A stretch of 64,000 nucleotides of DNA from an uncultured bacterium (GTDB lineage: Bacteria > Zixibacteria > MSB-5A5 > GN15 > FEB-12): NCBI GenBank assembly GCA_965372795.1, contig CBDVDR010000017.1:14796-78795 (forward strand), in the 5' to 3' direction. The translations under genes were made by a program, and so were the position numbers. Numbering within the stretch: position 1 is the stretch's first letter; each line of letters opens with the position of its first letter. A model generated the notes under the pieces. It was given only the letters and a program-made list of their open reading frames with translations. It was not told where the DNA came from and did no database searches. This document shows, one piece after another, positions 1 to 10,332 of this stretch.

Positions 1-72
1 GACACTTCCTTTTTCTACTTCAACCGAGGCTTCAATATTTTCACCTTCGAAAATAAAATCAAAGTTATTCAT
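1..72 (-). CDS. 5' fragment of a gene running off the window edge (MNNFDFIFEGENIEASVEVEKGSV...), probably the biotin-carrier subunit of the acyl-CoA carboxylase
   Basis: ATG at 72-70 overlaps the end of the biotin carboxylase gene and the frame is open to base 1. The upstream biotin carboxylase lacks a biotinyl domain. Product inferred from context only. Confidence 0.5.
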   Translation of the reverse strand, partial: MNNFDFIFEGENIEASVEVEKGSV

Positions 73-1585
73 GGATGGATGCTCCGATCTGCCAACTCCC
101 GAGAATATCCCATGGTGAAGCAAGCGTTTCCTGTTGTCCGTTATTTCTATTTCCATTTGAGTTAGAAGCTCCAACCGTTCCCAACGCTGCCACCGAGGCG
201 GCAAGCTCTTTATAATCGAGCATATCAATTTGACGGTCGCTCATATTTTTTTCTATAAAATTAGTAAAGGTTTTACCTGAGATAAAATCTTTATGACTCA
301 TTACATCAATCATAAATCGCTTGGAGGTTCTCACACCCAAAATTTTATAATTATTCAAAGCATCAATCATTTTCTGAATCGCTGCTTTCCTGTCAGAAGC
401 GTGCACAATCAGTTTTGCCATTATCGGATCATAATCAATCGTCACTTCTACCCCGCCGACAACACCCGAGTCAACTCTGATTCCCGGACCTGATGGTTCG
501 GAGTACAAAAGGATTTCACCGATAGACGGCATAAAATTATTCTCGCCATCCTCGGCATAAATACGACATTCAATCGCATGGCCTCTTTGAGTAAGATTCA
601 TATAACTATCATCAAGTTTCTCTCCGGCAGCAATACGAATTTGTTCCACTACCAGATCAACCCCAACGACCATCTCGGTAATCGGATGTTCCACTTGAAT
701 CCGTGTATTCATTTCCAGAAAATAATAATGTCCGGTTTCATCAAGCAAAAACTCTACTGTACCGGCATTAGTATAGTTTGCAGTTTGTGCAACCTTGACC
801 GCATCCTTACCCATCTTGTCCCGAAGCTTATCATTAAGGGCAACCGATGGCGTCTCTTCGATAATTTTCTGATGTCGGCGTTGAATTGAACATTCCCGTT
901 CAAAAAGATGCACCGTATTTCCATGACTGTCAGCAATCACCTGAAATTCTATATGACGGGGATTTACAATATATTTTTCAAGATAAACCGTATCATCACT
1001 AAAAGCATTCATCGCTTCCCGTTGAGCTGCCTCAATTGCGCCGACTAATTCCTCAGGCTTATTAACGACCCGCATCCCTTTACCACCGCCACCGGCGGCA
1101 GCTTTGATAATTACCGGATAACCGGCTTTGGTCGCAGCTTCTTCAAACTCTTTTATATCATTGCTGGAGCTTTTCATTCCGGGAATCAAAGGAATTTTTG
1201 CATCCGCCATTTTAATCCGCGACTCGACTTTATTGCCAAGCAACTTGATAGCCTCAGGTGTTGGACCGATAAATGTGATCCCTTCATCGATACATCTTTG
1301 ACCAAACTCGGGATTCTCTGCTAAAAATCCGTACCCCGGATGAATTGCATCACACCTGTTATTTTTGGCTGCTGTAATAATTTTATCAATATCCAGATAC
1401 GATTCTCTTGGCGGAGGAGGTCCGATATTGACCGACTCATCCGCAAAATGTCTATGCTTGCTGTTTTCATCTGCATCGGAATACACTGCCACCGAAGGAA
1501 TTCCTAAAACCCGACAGGCGTTCATCACCCGCACCGCGATTTCCGAACGGTTAGCAATCAGAATTTTATTAAAGAGTTTTTTCAT
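65..1585 (-). CDS. accC: Biotin carboxylase subunit of acyl-CoA (probably 3-methylcrotonyl/geranyl-CoA) carboxylase
   Basis: ANRSEIA, HPGYGFLAEN, GGGGKGMR, ERECSIQRRHQK and EMNTRIQVEHP motifs; no C-terminal biotinyl (MKM) domain. Confidence 0.93.
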   Translation of the reverse strand: MKKLFNKILIANRSEIAVRVMNACRVLGIPSVAVYSDADENSKHRHFADESVNIGPPPPRESYLDIDKIITAAKNNRCDAIHPGYGFLAENPEFGQRCIDEGITFIGPTPEAIKLLGNKVESRIKMADAKIPLIPGMKSSSNDIKEFEEAATKAGYPVIIKAAAGGGGKGMRVVNKPEELVGAIEAAQREAMNAFSDDTVYLEKYIVNPRHIEFQVIADSHGNTVHLFERECSIQRRHQKIIEETPSVALNDKLRDKMGKDAVKVAQTANYTNAGTVEFLLDETGHYYFLEMNTRIQVEHPITEMVVGVDLVVEQIRIAAGEKLDDSYMNLTQRGHAIECRIYAEDGENNFMPSIGEILLYSEPSGPGIRVDSGVVGGVEVTIDYDPIMAKLIVHASDRKAAIQKMIDALNNYKILGVRTSKRFMIDVMSHKDFISGKTFTNFIEKNMSDRQIDMLDYKELAASVAALGTVGASNSNGNRNNGQQETLASPWDILGSWQIGASIHE

Positions 1586-1592
1586 AGTTGAA

Positions 1593-2378
1593 TTATTCTA
1601 TTACCCATTTTGGTTTTCGTTTATTTAAAAAGGCGTCCATCCCCTCCTGACCTTCATCGGAGATGCGCAGTTTTGCTATCATTTCTGCCGTGTATGGTTT
1701 AAACTGATCCGGTGACATAGCCGGAACTTCACTGACAAGTTTTTTCGCCATCGTTATTGCTTCAGGACCGGATGAAAGAATCATCTTCACCAACGAATCA
1801 ACCTCGGCATCAAGCTCGACATCGTCAACAACCTTGTTAACCAATCCGACTTTGTATGCCCGCTTGGCATTCATTCGTTCTCCGGTTATAAAAAGCTCTC
1901 TTGCTTTACCTTCGCCCATTTTCTTAATCACATACGGTCCGATACAAGCCGGCACTACCCCGATCTTGACCTCTGAAAAAGAAAACTTCGCCGACTCGGC
2001 CGCAATTGCAATATCACAAACCGCAACAAATCCGGTTCCCCCGCCAATCGCCGCACCATTAATCCGACCTATCACAGGACGCGGGAAGGAATACACTTTG
2101 TAAAACAGTTCCGCTAATTTATTTGATTCATCCAGATTTTGCTCATAAGATTGATCGACAACCGAACGCATCCAATTCAAATCAGCTCCGGCGCAAAATG
2201 ATTTCCCTTGACCGCTCAACACTATAACTCGAAGGTCATCATCTTTTAACAGTTCGTCAAAAAGATGTGACATCTCCTCAATTACTGTTGAGTTGAAAGC
2301 GTTATGAATTTCCGGACGAGCAAAATTTATCCGTCCGACATTCCCGGTTTTTCTGTATTCAATAGTCGTATATTTCAT
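1593..2378 (-). CDS. liuC: Enoyl-CoA hydratase/isomerase, probable methylglutaconyl-CoA hydratase
   Basis: Crotonase motifs FCAGADL, AIGGG, FSEVKIG and EGQEGMDAFLNKRKP; lies between MCC subunits. Confidence 0.85.
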   Translation of the reverse strand: MKYTTIEYRKTGNVGRINFARPEIHNAFNSTVIEEMSHLFDELLKDDDLRVIVLSGQGKSFCAGADLNWMRSVVDQSYEQNLDESNKLAELFYKVYSFPRPVIGRINGAAIGGGTGFVAVCDIAIAAESAKFSFSEVKIGVVPACIGPYVIKKMGEGKARELFITGERMNAKRAYKVGLVNKVVDDVELDAEVDSLVKMILSSGPEAITMAKKLVSEVPAMSPDQFKPYTAEMIAKLRISDEGQEGMDAFLNKRKPKWVIE

Positions 2379-3029
2379 TTAGATATCCAATTTTTCTTTA
2401 ACTGCATTTTTAAAGTTATAAAATAATATTTTTTTATCCTTCCTACATGCAGGATGGAAATAACTAAAGACATGTCTTTCTCCATCCAATAAATATGATA
2501 TACCATTATTTATATTAATCCATTTTGGTTTGCCATCAAATAAAATCTCAGAGTAAAAATTACCTGTCCCTCCACAGACAATAATATTGGGATTATATAT
2601 GTTGATTTGTTCAATTAATTTCTCTTTATGAATCTTACATGAATCTAAAATTTCAGAATCAATCGCTGTACCACTACCAGAAATCTTTTTTAAATTCATG
2701 ATAGATATTTTCTTCAAATAAAAAGCTCTATCTTCTTGATTCAATAAATCTAAAACATCCCAATTCACTTGGTTATCGAGAATCGAAGCACTCCAACGTA
2801 CAACATTATTCCATGTATAACCATTCTTGATAGCACCTTGATTTAAAAATTCTTTAAAACTAACTATTTTATCGTTATAATCATTAGGTTCTTTCAATAC
2901 AAAAACTATCTTAATATTTGCATTTTCGTATCCGTCAAAATCAACTATTCCATCTCTTACAAATCCTCTTATACCATTCCCCCACTTCTCAAACAGCTTA
3001 TCTTCTTCTTCTTTCATTGAACTCTTCAT
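2379..3029 (-). CDS. Hypothetical protein, uracil-DNA-glycosylase-like fold
   Basis: IVFVLKEPN, NPNIIVCGGTG and YFHPA resemble UDG-superfamily motifs; very AT-rich relative to flanks. Confidence 0.55.
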   Translation of the reverse strand: MKSSMKEEEDKLFEKWGNGIRGFVRDGIVDFDGYENANIKIVFVLKEPNDYNDKIVSFKEFLNQGAIKNGYTWNNVVRWSASILDNQVNWDVLDLLNQEDRAFYLKKISIMNLKKISGSGTAIDSEILDSCKIHKEKLIEQINIYNPNIIVCGGTGNFYSEILFDGKPKWININNGISYLLDGERHVFSYFHPACRKDKKILFYNFKNAVKEKLDI

Positions 3030-3034
3030 AAGTC

Positions 3035-4642
3035 CTACATTCTGAATACACCGTATTTCTGATCTGGTATCTCTGCATTCAATGACATCGAAATCCCCAA
3101 CGCCAACGCCTGACGAGTATCGGTCATCCCGATCAAACCATCATCCCAAATTCTCGCACCGCTAAAATAAGGAGTCGATTCACTTTCATATTTATCTATA
3201 ATCGGCTGTCGAATAGCATTGATTTCTTCGGAAGTAAGTTTTTTACCTTCGGCTTCAAGCTGATTAATTTTTACCGTTGCCAGAACATCAGCCGCCTGTT
3301 CGCCGCCCATAACACAAATTTTTGAATTGGGCCACATCCACATCATCCGGGGAAAATATCCGCGTCCGCACATAGCATAGTTACCGGCTCCATAAGATCC
3401 ACCAACGACAACTGTAAATTTAGGTACATCAGCATTCGCAACCGCATGAACCATCTTGGCACCATCACGGGCAATACCGCCGGCTTCGTATTGTCGGCCG
3501 ACCATAAAGCCTGAAATGTTCTGCAAAAATATCAATGGAATTTTTCTTTCGGTGCAAAGCTCGATAAAATGAGCACCCTTCACCGATGACTCTGCAAACA
3601 GAACCCCGTTGTTACCGATGATCCCCACCGGGTAACCCATAATTCTGGCAAAGCCGGTTACAAGAGTCGTGCCATATAACTCTTTAAATTCATGAAAACG
3701 GGACCCATCAACAATTCGGGCAATCACTTCTTTAACATCAAACGGTTTCCGAAGATCATTTGAGACGACGCCGTATAATTCTTCAGCCTCATAATATGGC
3801 TCTTCAATTTCTTTAATATCCATCGGAGTCTTATTGGTACGATTCAAATTCTCGACTACGTTACGACAAATTTGAATCGAATGTTCATCATTTTGAGCAT
3901 AATGATCGGACACCCCTGAAGTTCGACAGTGCACATCCGCCCCGCCTAATTCTTCCGGTGTGACTTCTTCCCCGGTAGCAGCTTTGACAAGCGGAGGACC
4001 GCCAATAAAAATAGTACCCTGTTTACGAACAATAATTGTTTCATCCGACATTGCCGGAAGATACGCACCGCCGGCAGTACAGGATCCCATCACAACTGAA
4101 ATTTGAGGAATATTTTTCGCCGACATTCTTGCCATGTTATAAAAAATACGCCCGAAATGATCTTTGTCCGGAAAAGTACCCGATTGCAGAGGTAAAAATA
4201 TACCGCCTGAATCTACCAGTGAAACACAAGGCAGATGATTCGTCTCGGCAATTTCCTGGGCGCGGGCATGTTTCAAAATTGTCATCGGGTAATAAGTTCC
4301 GCCCTTGACCGTCGCATCATTGACAATCACCATGACTTCTTTTCCGTGCACTCTGCCGATTCCGGTAATCAATCCTGCCGCAGGTGCGTGATTGTCATAC
4401 ATATCAAAAGCGGCAAGTGGACTTAGTTCCAAAAAAGGACTATTGCGGTCAAGCAGTTTTGCCAGCCGTTCACGCGGAAGAAGTTTCCCCCGGTCGATAT
4501 GACGTTTTCGGGAACGCTCGGGTCCGCCTTGTTTTACTTTGTCGAGTCGTTCTTTAAATTCAAGATGCTGGGCTTTGTTAGCCTCAAAATTGTCTTTGTA
4601 CTGTACAGATTTTAAATCAACCTTAGTTTCAAGTCGGAACAT
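3035..4642 (-). CDS. liuB: 3-methylcrotonyl-CoA carboxylase carboxyltransferase (beta) subunit
   Basis: [36 protein letters not shown] and [13 protein letters not shown] motifs. Confidence 0.92.
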   Translation of the reverse strand: MFRLETKVDLKSVQYKDNFEANKAQHLEFKERLDKVKQGGPERSRKRHIDRGKLLPRERLAKLLDRNSPFLELSPLAAFDMYDNHAPAAGLITGIGRVHGKEVMVIVNDATVKGGTYYPMTILKHARAQEIAETNHLPCVSLVDSGGIFLPLQSGTFPDKDHFGRIFYNMARMSAKNIPQISVVMGSCTAGGAYLPAMSDETIIVRKQGTIFIGGPPLVKAATGEEVTPEELGGADVHCRTSGVSDHYAQNDEHSIQICRNVVENLNRTNKTPMDIKEIEEPYYEAEELYGVVSNDLRKPFDVKEVIARIVDGSRFHEFKELYGTTLVTGFARIMGYPVGIIGNNGVLFAESSVKGAHFIELCTERKIPLIFLQNISGFMVGRQYEAGGIARDGAKMVHAVANADVPKFTVVVGGSYGAGNYAMCGRGYFPRMMWMWPNSKICVMGGEQAADVLATVKINQLEAEGKKLTSEEINAIRQPIIDKYESESTPYFSGARIWDDGLIGMTDTRQALALGISMSLNAEIPDQKYGVFRM

Positions 4643-4644
4643 AT

Positions 4645-6450
4645 TTATTTTTTCCCCGGTGTTGTTTTTAAAAGAGATGATGGCACCTGGACTGTCATTT
4701 GAAGCAATGCTTGTGCTAATGTTTTCCCTTGAGGGTCGATCATCAATGACTTGGTTCCGCCTCCGCCAAGGGTCTCTTCAAGCAGAAAATTTAAACCATG
4801 CAATATATCTAATTCATAGCGAAGTACTTTACCAAAGGTTATCCCTTCAAAGAATTTTTTAACTTTGTCGGCTGTAAGATATTCAACCAGCCAGTTATAT
4901 ATCTCCGGCGAACGGGCAAGCACTCCAATATTACAGGTGTCCCCTTTGTCACCGGACCTTGCATAACAAAGCTCCTGTAGCTTTACCATTTTCGCTTTTC
5001 CAGAAGGCTTTTTATATTTTTCTCGTTCTTTAGGCTTAAACAATTCGTCCTGTCGTACCGAGCGAACTCTGATCGGAAAAGAGATTTCATGGAAATCCTC
5101 TTCACCATTCGTGTCAACCACCAATACTTTGGCATTCACCCGACTGCGATGCATCAACGCCGGCCAATAAGCAACGACCATTTGCGGTTTGGGTCGACCT
5201 CCGGTAGTAACAGCCATTCCTGCTGGACCAGACAGAATCAATGTAGACAATGCTTTCCCGAAATCTTTAACTTTATTAACATCTTTATCACGAACTCCAA
5301 AACGCAGCATGATTTCGTTAGTTTCACATTGAGAAAGTTGTTCTGGCCATATTGAACCGGAACCGATCATACTCGTTTGAGTCGCTTCATATTTATGTTT
5401 TAATTTTTCCCAGAAAATATCAGCGATGATCTCAGCTTTCCGCTCAACCTCTGGTCCGCAAACCAAAACGGCGCCGGATGCTTTCCAGCCATCTTCATAC
5501 GACATTGAAACTTTAAGGAAATCTGGTTCCGGTTTTCCTTTGATTCCAAAAACTTTAACTCGGTTGTTCCCTTCATCGGTAAGTTGAATCGTATCAAACC
5601 TGGCAATGCCATCGGGTGAAATATAATTTGAGGGATCACCCATCTCATAAAAGAGTTGTTCTTTAACCGTTTTTTCAGAAACCATCCCACCGGTATTTTT
5701 ATGTTTGGTCACATAGAAATTTCCGGATTTCTCTATCTCGACAATCGGATAACCGATATTATTAAAATTCTTGACCTCGTGCCAGTCGGTGATATTCCCG
5801 CCGGTAGCCTGTGCCCCGCATTCGATCATATGTCCGGCGACAATCCCCGATGCCATCTTATCCCAGTCATCCATCGCCCAGCCAAATTCATAAATCATCG
5901 GGGCTAAGGTTATCCCGGTATCAGTTACCCTTCCGGTAACAATCACCTGGCAGCCAGCTTCAAGAGCTTTCACGACCGGTTCCGCACCAAGATAAATATT
6001 TGCCGATGAAATTCTTGAACGGACTTTGTAAAAATCTTCTCCGGTTTCCATATTGGAGAATCTCTCTCCCGCGGCAGACAGTTCATAAAGCTGATCAACA
6101 ATATTATCACCGTAAACAACGCCGACTTTCAAATCCAAGCCCATTTTTTTAGCCATCTCAACAATTTTCCGACCCATTCCGATAGGATTTATTCCGCCTG
6201 CGGATGCAATAACTTTGACTTTCTTTTTACAAATCAGAGGCAGACATTCGGCAAGCTGATCGAGAAAATCAACCGCATACCCAAGTTCAGGATTTTTGGC
6301 GCGCTGCCTTTGAAGGATTGACATCGTAATTTCAGCTAAAAAATCGATCGTTATATAATCAAGCGGACCACCGGTTAGTTGTCTTTTCAATGCTGTTAAA
6401 TCGTCTCCCCAATATCCACCCGCGTTTCCAATTCGGATTTTCTTTTTCAA
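4645..6450 (-). CDS. atuA: Acyclic terpene utilization AtuA family protein (DUF1446 plus C-terminal domain)
   Basis: [34 protein letters not shown] and C-terminal ARSGDKGD...DPQGK; TTG start. Confidence 0.88.
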   Translation of the reverse strand: MKKKIRIGNAGGYWGDDLTALKRQLTGGPLDYITIDFLAEITMSILQRQRAKNPELGYAVDFLDQLAECLPLICKKKVKVIASAGGINPIGMGRKIVEMAKKMGLDLKVGVVYGDNIVDQLYELSAAGERFSNMETGEDFYKVRSRISSANIYLGAEPVVKALEAGCQVIVTGRVTDTGITLAPMIYEFGWAMDDWDKMASGIVAGHMIECGAQATGGNITDWHEVKNFNNIGYPIVEIEKSGNFYVTKHKNTGGMVSEKTVKEQLFYEMGDPSNYISPDGIARFDTIQLTDEGNNRVKVFGIKGKPEPDFLKVSMSYEDGWKASGAVLVCGPEVERKAEIIADIFWEKLKHKYEATQTSMIGSGSIWPEQLSQCETNEIMLRFGVRDKDVNKVKDFGKALSTLILSGPAGMAVTTGGRPKPQMVVAYWPALMHRSRVNAKVLVVDTNGEEDFHEISFPIRVRSVRQDELFKPKEREKYKKPSGKAKMVKLQELCYARSGDKGDTCNIGVLARSPEIYNWLVEYLTADKVKKFFEGITFGKVLRYELDILHGLNFLLEETLGGGGTKSLMIDPQGKTLAQALLQMTVQVPSSLLKTTPGKK

Positions 6451-6559
6451 TTTATAATCCTTTAAATTTTTCCCGATTTATACAGTTATATACCAAGAAG
6501 CTAATATATGCCAAAGAGTTGGATTTGTAAAGCAAGGCAGGAAATTGGTCGCAAACCGG

Positions 6560-7609
6560 CTAATCTTCGAGTTCGGCGGTCGTCACCCTTGTAATTTCCT
6601 GATAAATATTTTCAGTGAATTTAAAACAACCGTCATTTGTCAAATGACATATATCATTAAAATGAATTCCATCCTTGGGAATCAATTGATTTTGATCTAC
6701 AAACAGAACCTGATTATGATTTTTAGAAATATTAGATAAAACTTGATTATGAACGCCTAAGCCTTTAATAATATTTTCAAATTGCCCCCATATCTCAATT
6801 GGATACTGATTGGAACTATATTCAAGAGATTTTTCTGCAAACGATTCAAGAGAATAATTATCCGGAACGAAAGATGCAAAACTCATCATAAGAATCTGTT
6901 CATCTTTCTGTTCAGCCAAATCTATTATACTTTCTAAATTATCTGAAAATGATTCTGCTGTTTTAATATCTGAACCGTACTGAAGCCATTCCTGGCGGGG
7001 TTGGTTCATTTCAATAAACTCTCGACCATTGATGAAATTATTGAACCGATTATAAAACAGTCTCGATACTGCAGGAATTGCAGAATACTCGAGCGATGAA
7101 CAACCTGTCAATAAATTGAGTTCGTTATACCAATCATAGTGTGAGTAATCTGTTTGAAATATATCCGGCGGACAATTGTTCGCCCGTAATTCGTTGATAC
7201 CATGATAAAGAACAACAAGATCAAAATTTATATTAATTAGTTGCGAATATTTATAGTAGCTGTCCAAAGATGTATGTGCCCGTTCGGCAAGATTAAATAT
7301 TTCAACATACTTACCGGTCGCTTCAGAAAGCATCTTCCCCATCGCAATTTGAATGTTCCCAAAATCATTATTCATCACCGAACCGCCCAGCAAAAGCACT
7401 TTATATGCATCTTTTGGTGATCGGTTTATCCCCCGCTTGATATGTTTTAATTCAGGATAATACTTATAGATGTAATCTATTGGAGTTATAAAAGATGTTT
7501 CATATTTCTGGACAAAGTAAACACGGGAAAGAATCTCTATCAAAAACAGAAAATAGATTGCAATTAAAAAATAAAAAATCGGCTTCCGCTGCCTCGTCTT
7601 AATCTCCAC
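6560..7609 (-). CDS. Membrane-anchored SGNH/GDSL hydrolase family protein
   Basis: N-terminal TM ending LIEILSR; LGGS block I, HGINE block III, DxxH block V (FNDICH). Confidence 0.75.
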   Translation of the reverse strand: MEIKTRQRKPIFYFLIAIYFLFLIEILSRVYFVQKYETSFITPIDYIYKYYPELKHIKRGINRSPKDAYKVLLLGGSVMNNDFGNIQIAMGKMLSEATGKYVEIFNLAERAHTSLDSYYKYSQLININFDLVVLYHGINELRANNCPPDIFQTDYSHYDWYNELNLLTGCSSLEYSAIPAVSRLFYNRFNNFINGREFIEMNQPRQEWLQYGSDIKTAESFSDNLESIIDLAEQKDEQILMMSFASFVPDNYSLESFAEKSLEYSSNQYPIEIWGQFENIIKGLGVHNQVLSNISKNHNQVLFVDQNQLIPKDGIHFNDICHLTNDGCFKFTENIYQEITRVTTAELED

Positions 7610-7727
7610 TATTCCCCTCGATTATATGTAGCAAGTTCATCCTGAAGCTTGCGGTATATTTATTTGAAAAAGTTACAATGCGATCACTTAGTTGTCAACA
7701 ATGTGGTTAATAATATTTCGAAATATT

Positions 7728-8777
7728 CTATTGATTGGACAACTCAATAACTTCCAATAGATTATCGACAAACTTCACACACCCCGAATCTGTTAAATGG
7801 CAGGCATCGTTAAAATATAGTTTCCGCTTCGGGATTAAAAGATTTTGATCAACATAAAATGTCTGTGGATTTTCCAGATGAAGCGATGCTATTACTTGGT
7901 TATGCTCTTTCAACCCTCGCCTGACATTCCCCGGATGGCCCCAAATTTCTACCGGATACTTATTGTCGCTATACTCAAGAGCCAATTTCTTAAAATCACT
8001 CAAGTTATAACTTAACGGGAGATAAAAAGCATAAGACGCAAGAACCAATTTTTCAGTTTTCGACTCAGCCAAATCAATTATCTTTTTATAATTTATAGCA
8101 AAGGCTTCTGCTGTCTTAATTGTAAAACCAAACTTCAGCCATTCATCTTTAATATAACTCGGGTCAAAAACTTCTTTCCTGCCGGAACTATGAAGATACT
8201 GCGCGTAAATCAACTTAAACGCTATCGGCAAAGTCAGCAAATTATTAAACGTATCAGTACTCAATGTATTCAGTTCGGCATACCAGCCATAATGACTATA
8301 ATCCAATTTAAATAATTCCGGCGGACAATTGTTGGCGCGAAGCTCATTAATCCCATGATACAAAATCACCAGATCAAATTTATAATCTTCCAACAGTTTA
8401 TATTTATAATAACTGTCTAAACTTGTATGAGCCATCTCGGCCAGATTAAAAAGCTTTACTGTTTTACCTAATGAATTGCTCAGCCTCTGTTCTAAAACTT
8501 CCCCAATACTTCCAAACTCCGGATTCAATACCGACCCGCCCAGCATCAAAACTTTATACTCAGCCTCAGAATTTTGATTTTCTTCTTCAACCTCTAGTAA
8601 TTCAGGATAAAAATGATAGATCGAATCTGTCGGTGCGATAAAACTTGCATCATATCGGATTACAAAATAAACCCGCGAAAGAATTTCAAGCAACACCAGA
8701 CAATAAATTGCAAATATTAAATATTTACCATATCTCTTGATTGAGCTGTTCTTATATTCAATTGGTCGAGTTTTCAT
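7728..8777 (-). CDS. Membrane-anchored SGNH/GDSL hydrolase family protein (paralog of 6560-7609)
   Basis: Same length (349 aa); shares LGGSV, AHTSLDSYYKY, YHGINELRANNCPP and FNDACHLT motifs. Confidence 0.75.
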   Translation of the reverse strand: MKTRPIEYKNSSIKRYGKYLIFAIYCLVLLEILSRVYFVIRYDASFIAPTDSIYHFYPELLEVEEENQNSEAEYKVLMLGGSVLNPEFGSIGEVLEQRLSNSLGKTVKLFNLAEMAHTSLDSYYKYKLLEDYKFDLVILYHGINELRANNCPPELFKLDYSHYGWYAELNTLSTDTFNNLLTLPIAFKLIYAQYLHSSGRKEVFDPSYIKDEWLKFGFTIKTAEAFAINYKKIIDLAESKTEKLVLASYAFYLPLSYNLSDFKKLALEYSDNKYPVEIWGHPGNVRRGLKEHNQVIASLHLENPQTFYVDQNLLIPKRKLYFNDACHLTDSGCVKFVDNLLEVIELSNQ

Positions 8778-8832
8778 ATCTATGAAGTTAATATATTATT
8801 ATTTCAATCCATGTCAACTTTAACCCACACAC

Positions 8833-8892
8833 TTCGTGTGTCTATTTTTCGTGTGTCTATTTTTCGTGTGCCTATTTTTCGTGTGTCCATTT
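8833..8892. repeat. 15-bp tandem repeat TTCGTGTGTCTATTT x4
   Basis: Units at 8833, 8848, 8863 and 8878, with single substitutions in units 3 and 4. Confidence 0.9.
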
Positions 8893-8927
8893 TTTGTAAG
8901 TAATTATTAAACCATATTGAACCATAC

Positions 8928-8956
8928 TTGACAGAATGAGTTATTTTTTATATTCT
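8928..8956 (+). promoter_or_regulatory. Sigma70-like promoter of cysK
   Basis: TTGACA (8928-8933), 17 bp spacer, TATTCT (8951-8956). Confidence 0.6.
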
Positions 8957-8997
8957 AATAATGGAGCAAAAATCTTTCATTTAAACAAGGGATTCAA

Positions 8998-10101
8998 ATG
9001 GATAAATCTACCCAGCGCAGACTTCAATCTTTGTCATTTTTGGTAGGAAACACTCCCCTTTTAGATATTTCATTTAATTATAACGGCACAAAAAGGCATA
9101 TCTATGCCAAAGCTGAGAATTTAAACATGACCGGCTCCATCAAAGACCGCATGGCGCTTCATATTCTCAAAAGAGCCTACGCCGAGGGACGACTCAAACC
9201 CGGCGATACCATTATCGAGGCTACCAGCGGAAACACCGGCATCTCGTTTGCAAGTATCGGTCGTGCGATGGGTCATCCGGTTACTATATTCATGCCGGAC
9301 TGGATGAGTCGCGAACGGGTCGATCTGATTCAAAGCCTAGGCGCCACAATCAGACCGGTCACCCGTGATGAAGGCGGCTTTGTCGGAAGTATCAAAATGT
9401 CAGAAGAACTCGCTTTGCAATCTGAAAACAATTTCCTGCCTTGCCAGTTCTCCAATAACGACAATGTCGAAGCCCATTACGAAACAACTGCTCCGGAACT
9501 TTGGTGGCAGTTGCGATTCCATGATAAAACCCCTGATGCTTTTGTTGCCGGAGTCGGCACCGGCGGAACCATTATGGGGATTGGCAAATTCTTAAAAGAA
9601 CAAAACCCGGGTATCCGTGTTCATGCTATGGAGCCGGCAAGTTCCCCCACTCTTCGAATCGGTAAAAAAGTTGGTTCGCATCGGATTCAGGGAATTTCCG
9701 ATGAATTTATTCCTGCGATTTTAAATTTGAATGACCTTGATGATATAATAGATGTCCATGACGGCGACGCTATTATTATGGCGCAGAAACTTTCTGCCGA
9801 ACTTGGTTTGGCGGTTGGTATTTCTTCCGGTGCAAATTTCCTTGCCGCCTTGTTAGTACAGGATCAGATTGCCCCGGATGCGATAGTTGTTACGATTTTC
9901 CCGGATGATAATAAAAAATACTTAAGCACCGATTTACTTCGCGTGGAACCGATCAAATCAGATTACCTCTCCCCTTCGATTGAACTGTTTGATTTCAATT
10001 CCTTTAAACGCACTTGCCATACTTGTTGTGATTACCATTATTGCACCCAAAAAATAGTCCCCATCGAATCAGACATTGAGGCGATCAAACATACCCACTA
10101 A
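8998..10101 (+). CDS. cysK: PLP-dependent cysteine synthase family protein
   Basis: GNTPL, GSIKDR (PLP lysine), [28 protein letters not shown]. Confidence 0.85.
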   Translation: MDKSTQRRLQSLSFLVGNTPLLDISFNYNGTKRHIYAKAENLNMTGSIKDRMALHILKRAYAEGRLKPGDTIIEATSGNTGISFASIGRAMGHPVTIFMPDWMSRERVDLIQSLGATIRPVTRDEGGFVGSIKMSEELALQSENNFLPCQFSNNDNVEAHYETTAPELWWQLRFHDKTPDAFVAGVGTGGTIMGIGKFLKEQNPGIRVHAMEPASSPTLRIGKKVGSHRIQGISDEFIPAILNLNDLDDIIDVHDGDAIIMAQKLSAELGLAVGISSGANFLAALLVQDQIAPDAIVVTIFPDDNKKYLSTDLLRVEPIKSDYLSPSIELFDFNSFKRTCHTCCDYHYCTQKIVPIESDIEAIKHTH

Positions 10102-10110
10102 ATTCTTATT

Positions 10111-10266
10111 AGCACAAGTAGGGCAGTGATCCCTGTGATCCTGCCATTTATGATTTCTTTCATGTTCTGTTGGGTCCTGATTTACCAAAGGTAAATTGTG
10201 ACCCGACAGCACAAGTAGGGCAGGTCTCAACCAACCCTCGGTTGATAAAAACCTGCCTTTTTTTTT
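10111..10266 (+). repeat. Cluster of GTAG REP-like palindromes; the last copy is followed by a T-run (terminator-like)
   Basis: GTAGGGCAG..CTGCC at 10118-10145 and 10215-10256; AGCACAAGTAGGGCAG repeated at 10111 and 10208; inner palindrome TGTTGGGTC..GACCCGACA. Confidence 0.75.
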
Positions 10267-10332
10267 GAATTCGAATACAAATTTCCGTATAAAAAACAAC
10301 AATGATAATTAATAACATGAAAGGATATTATT

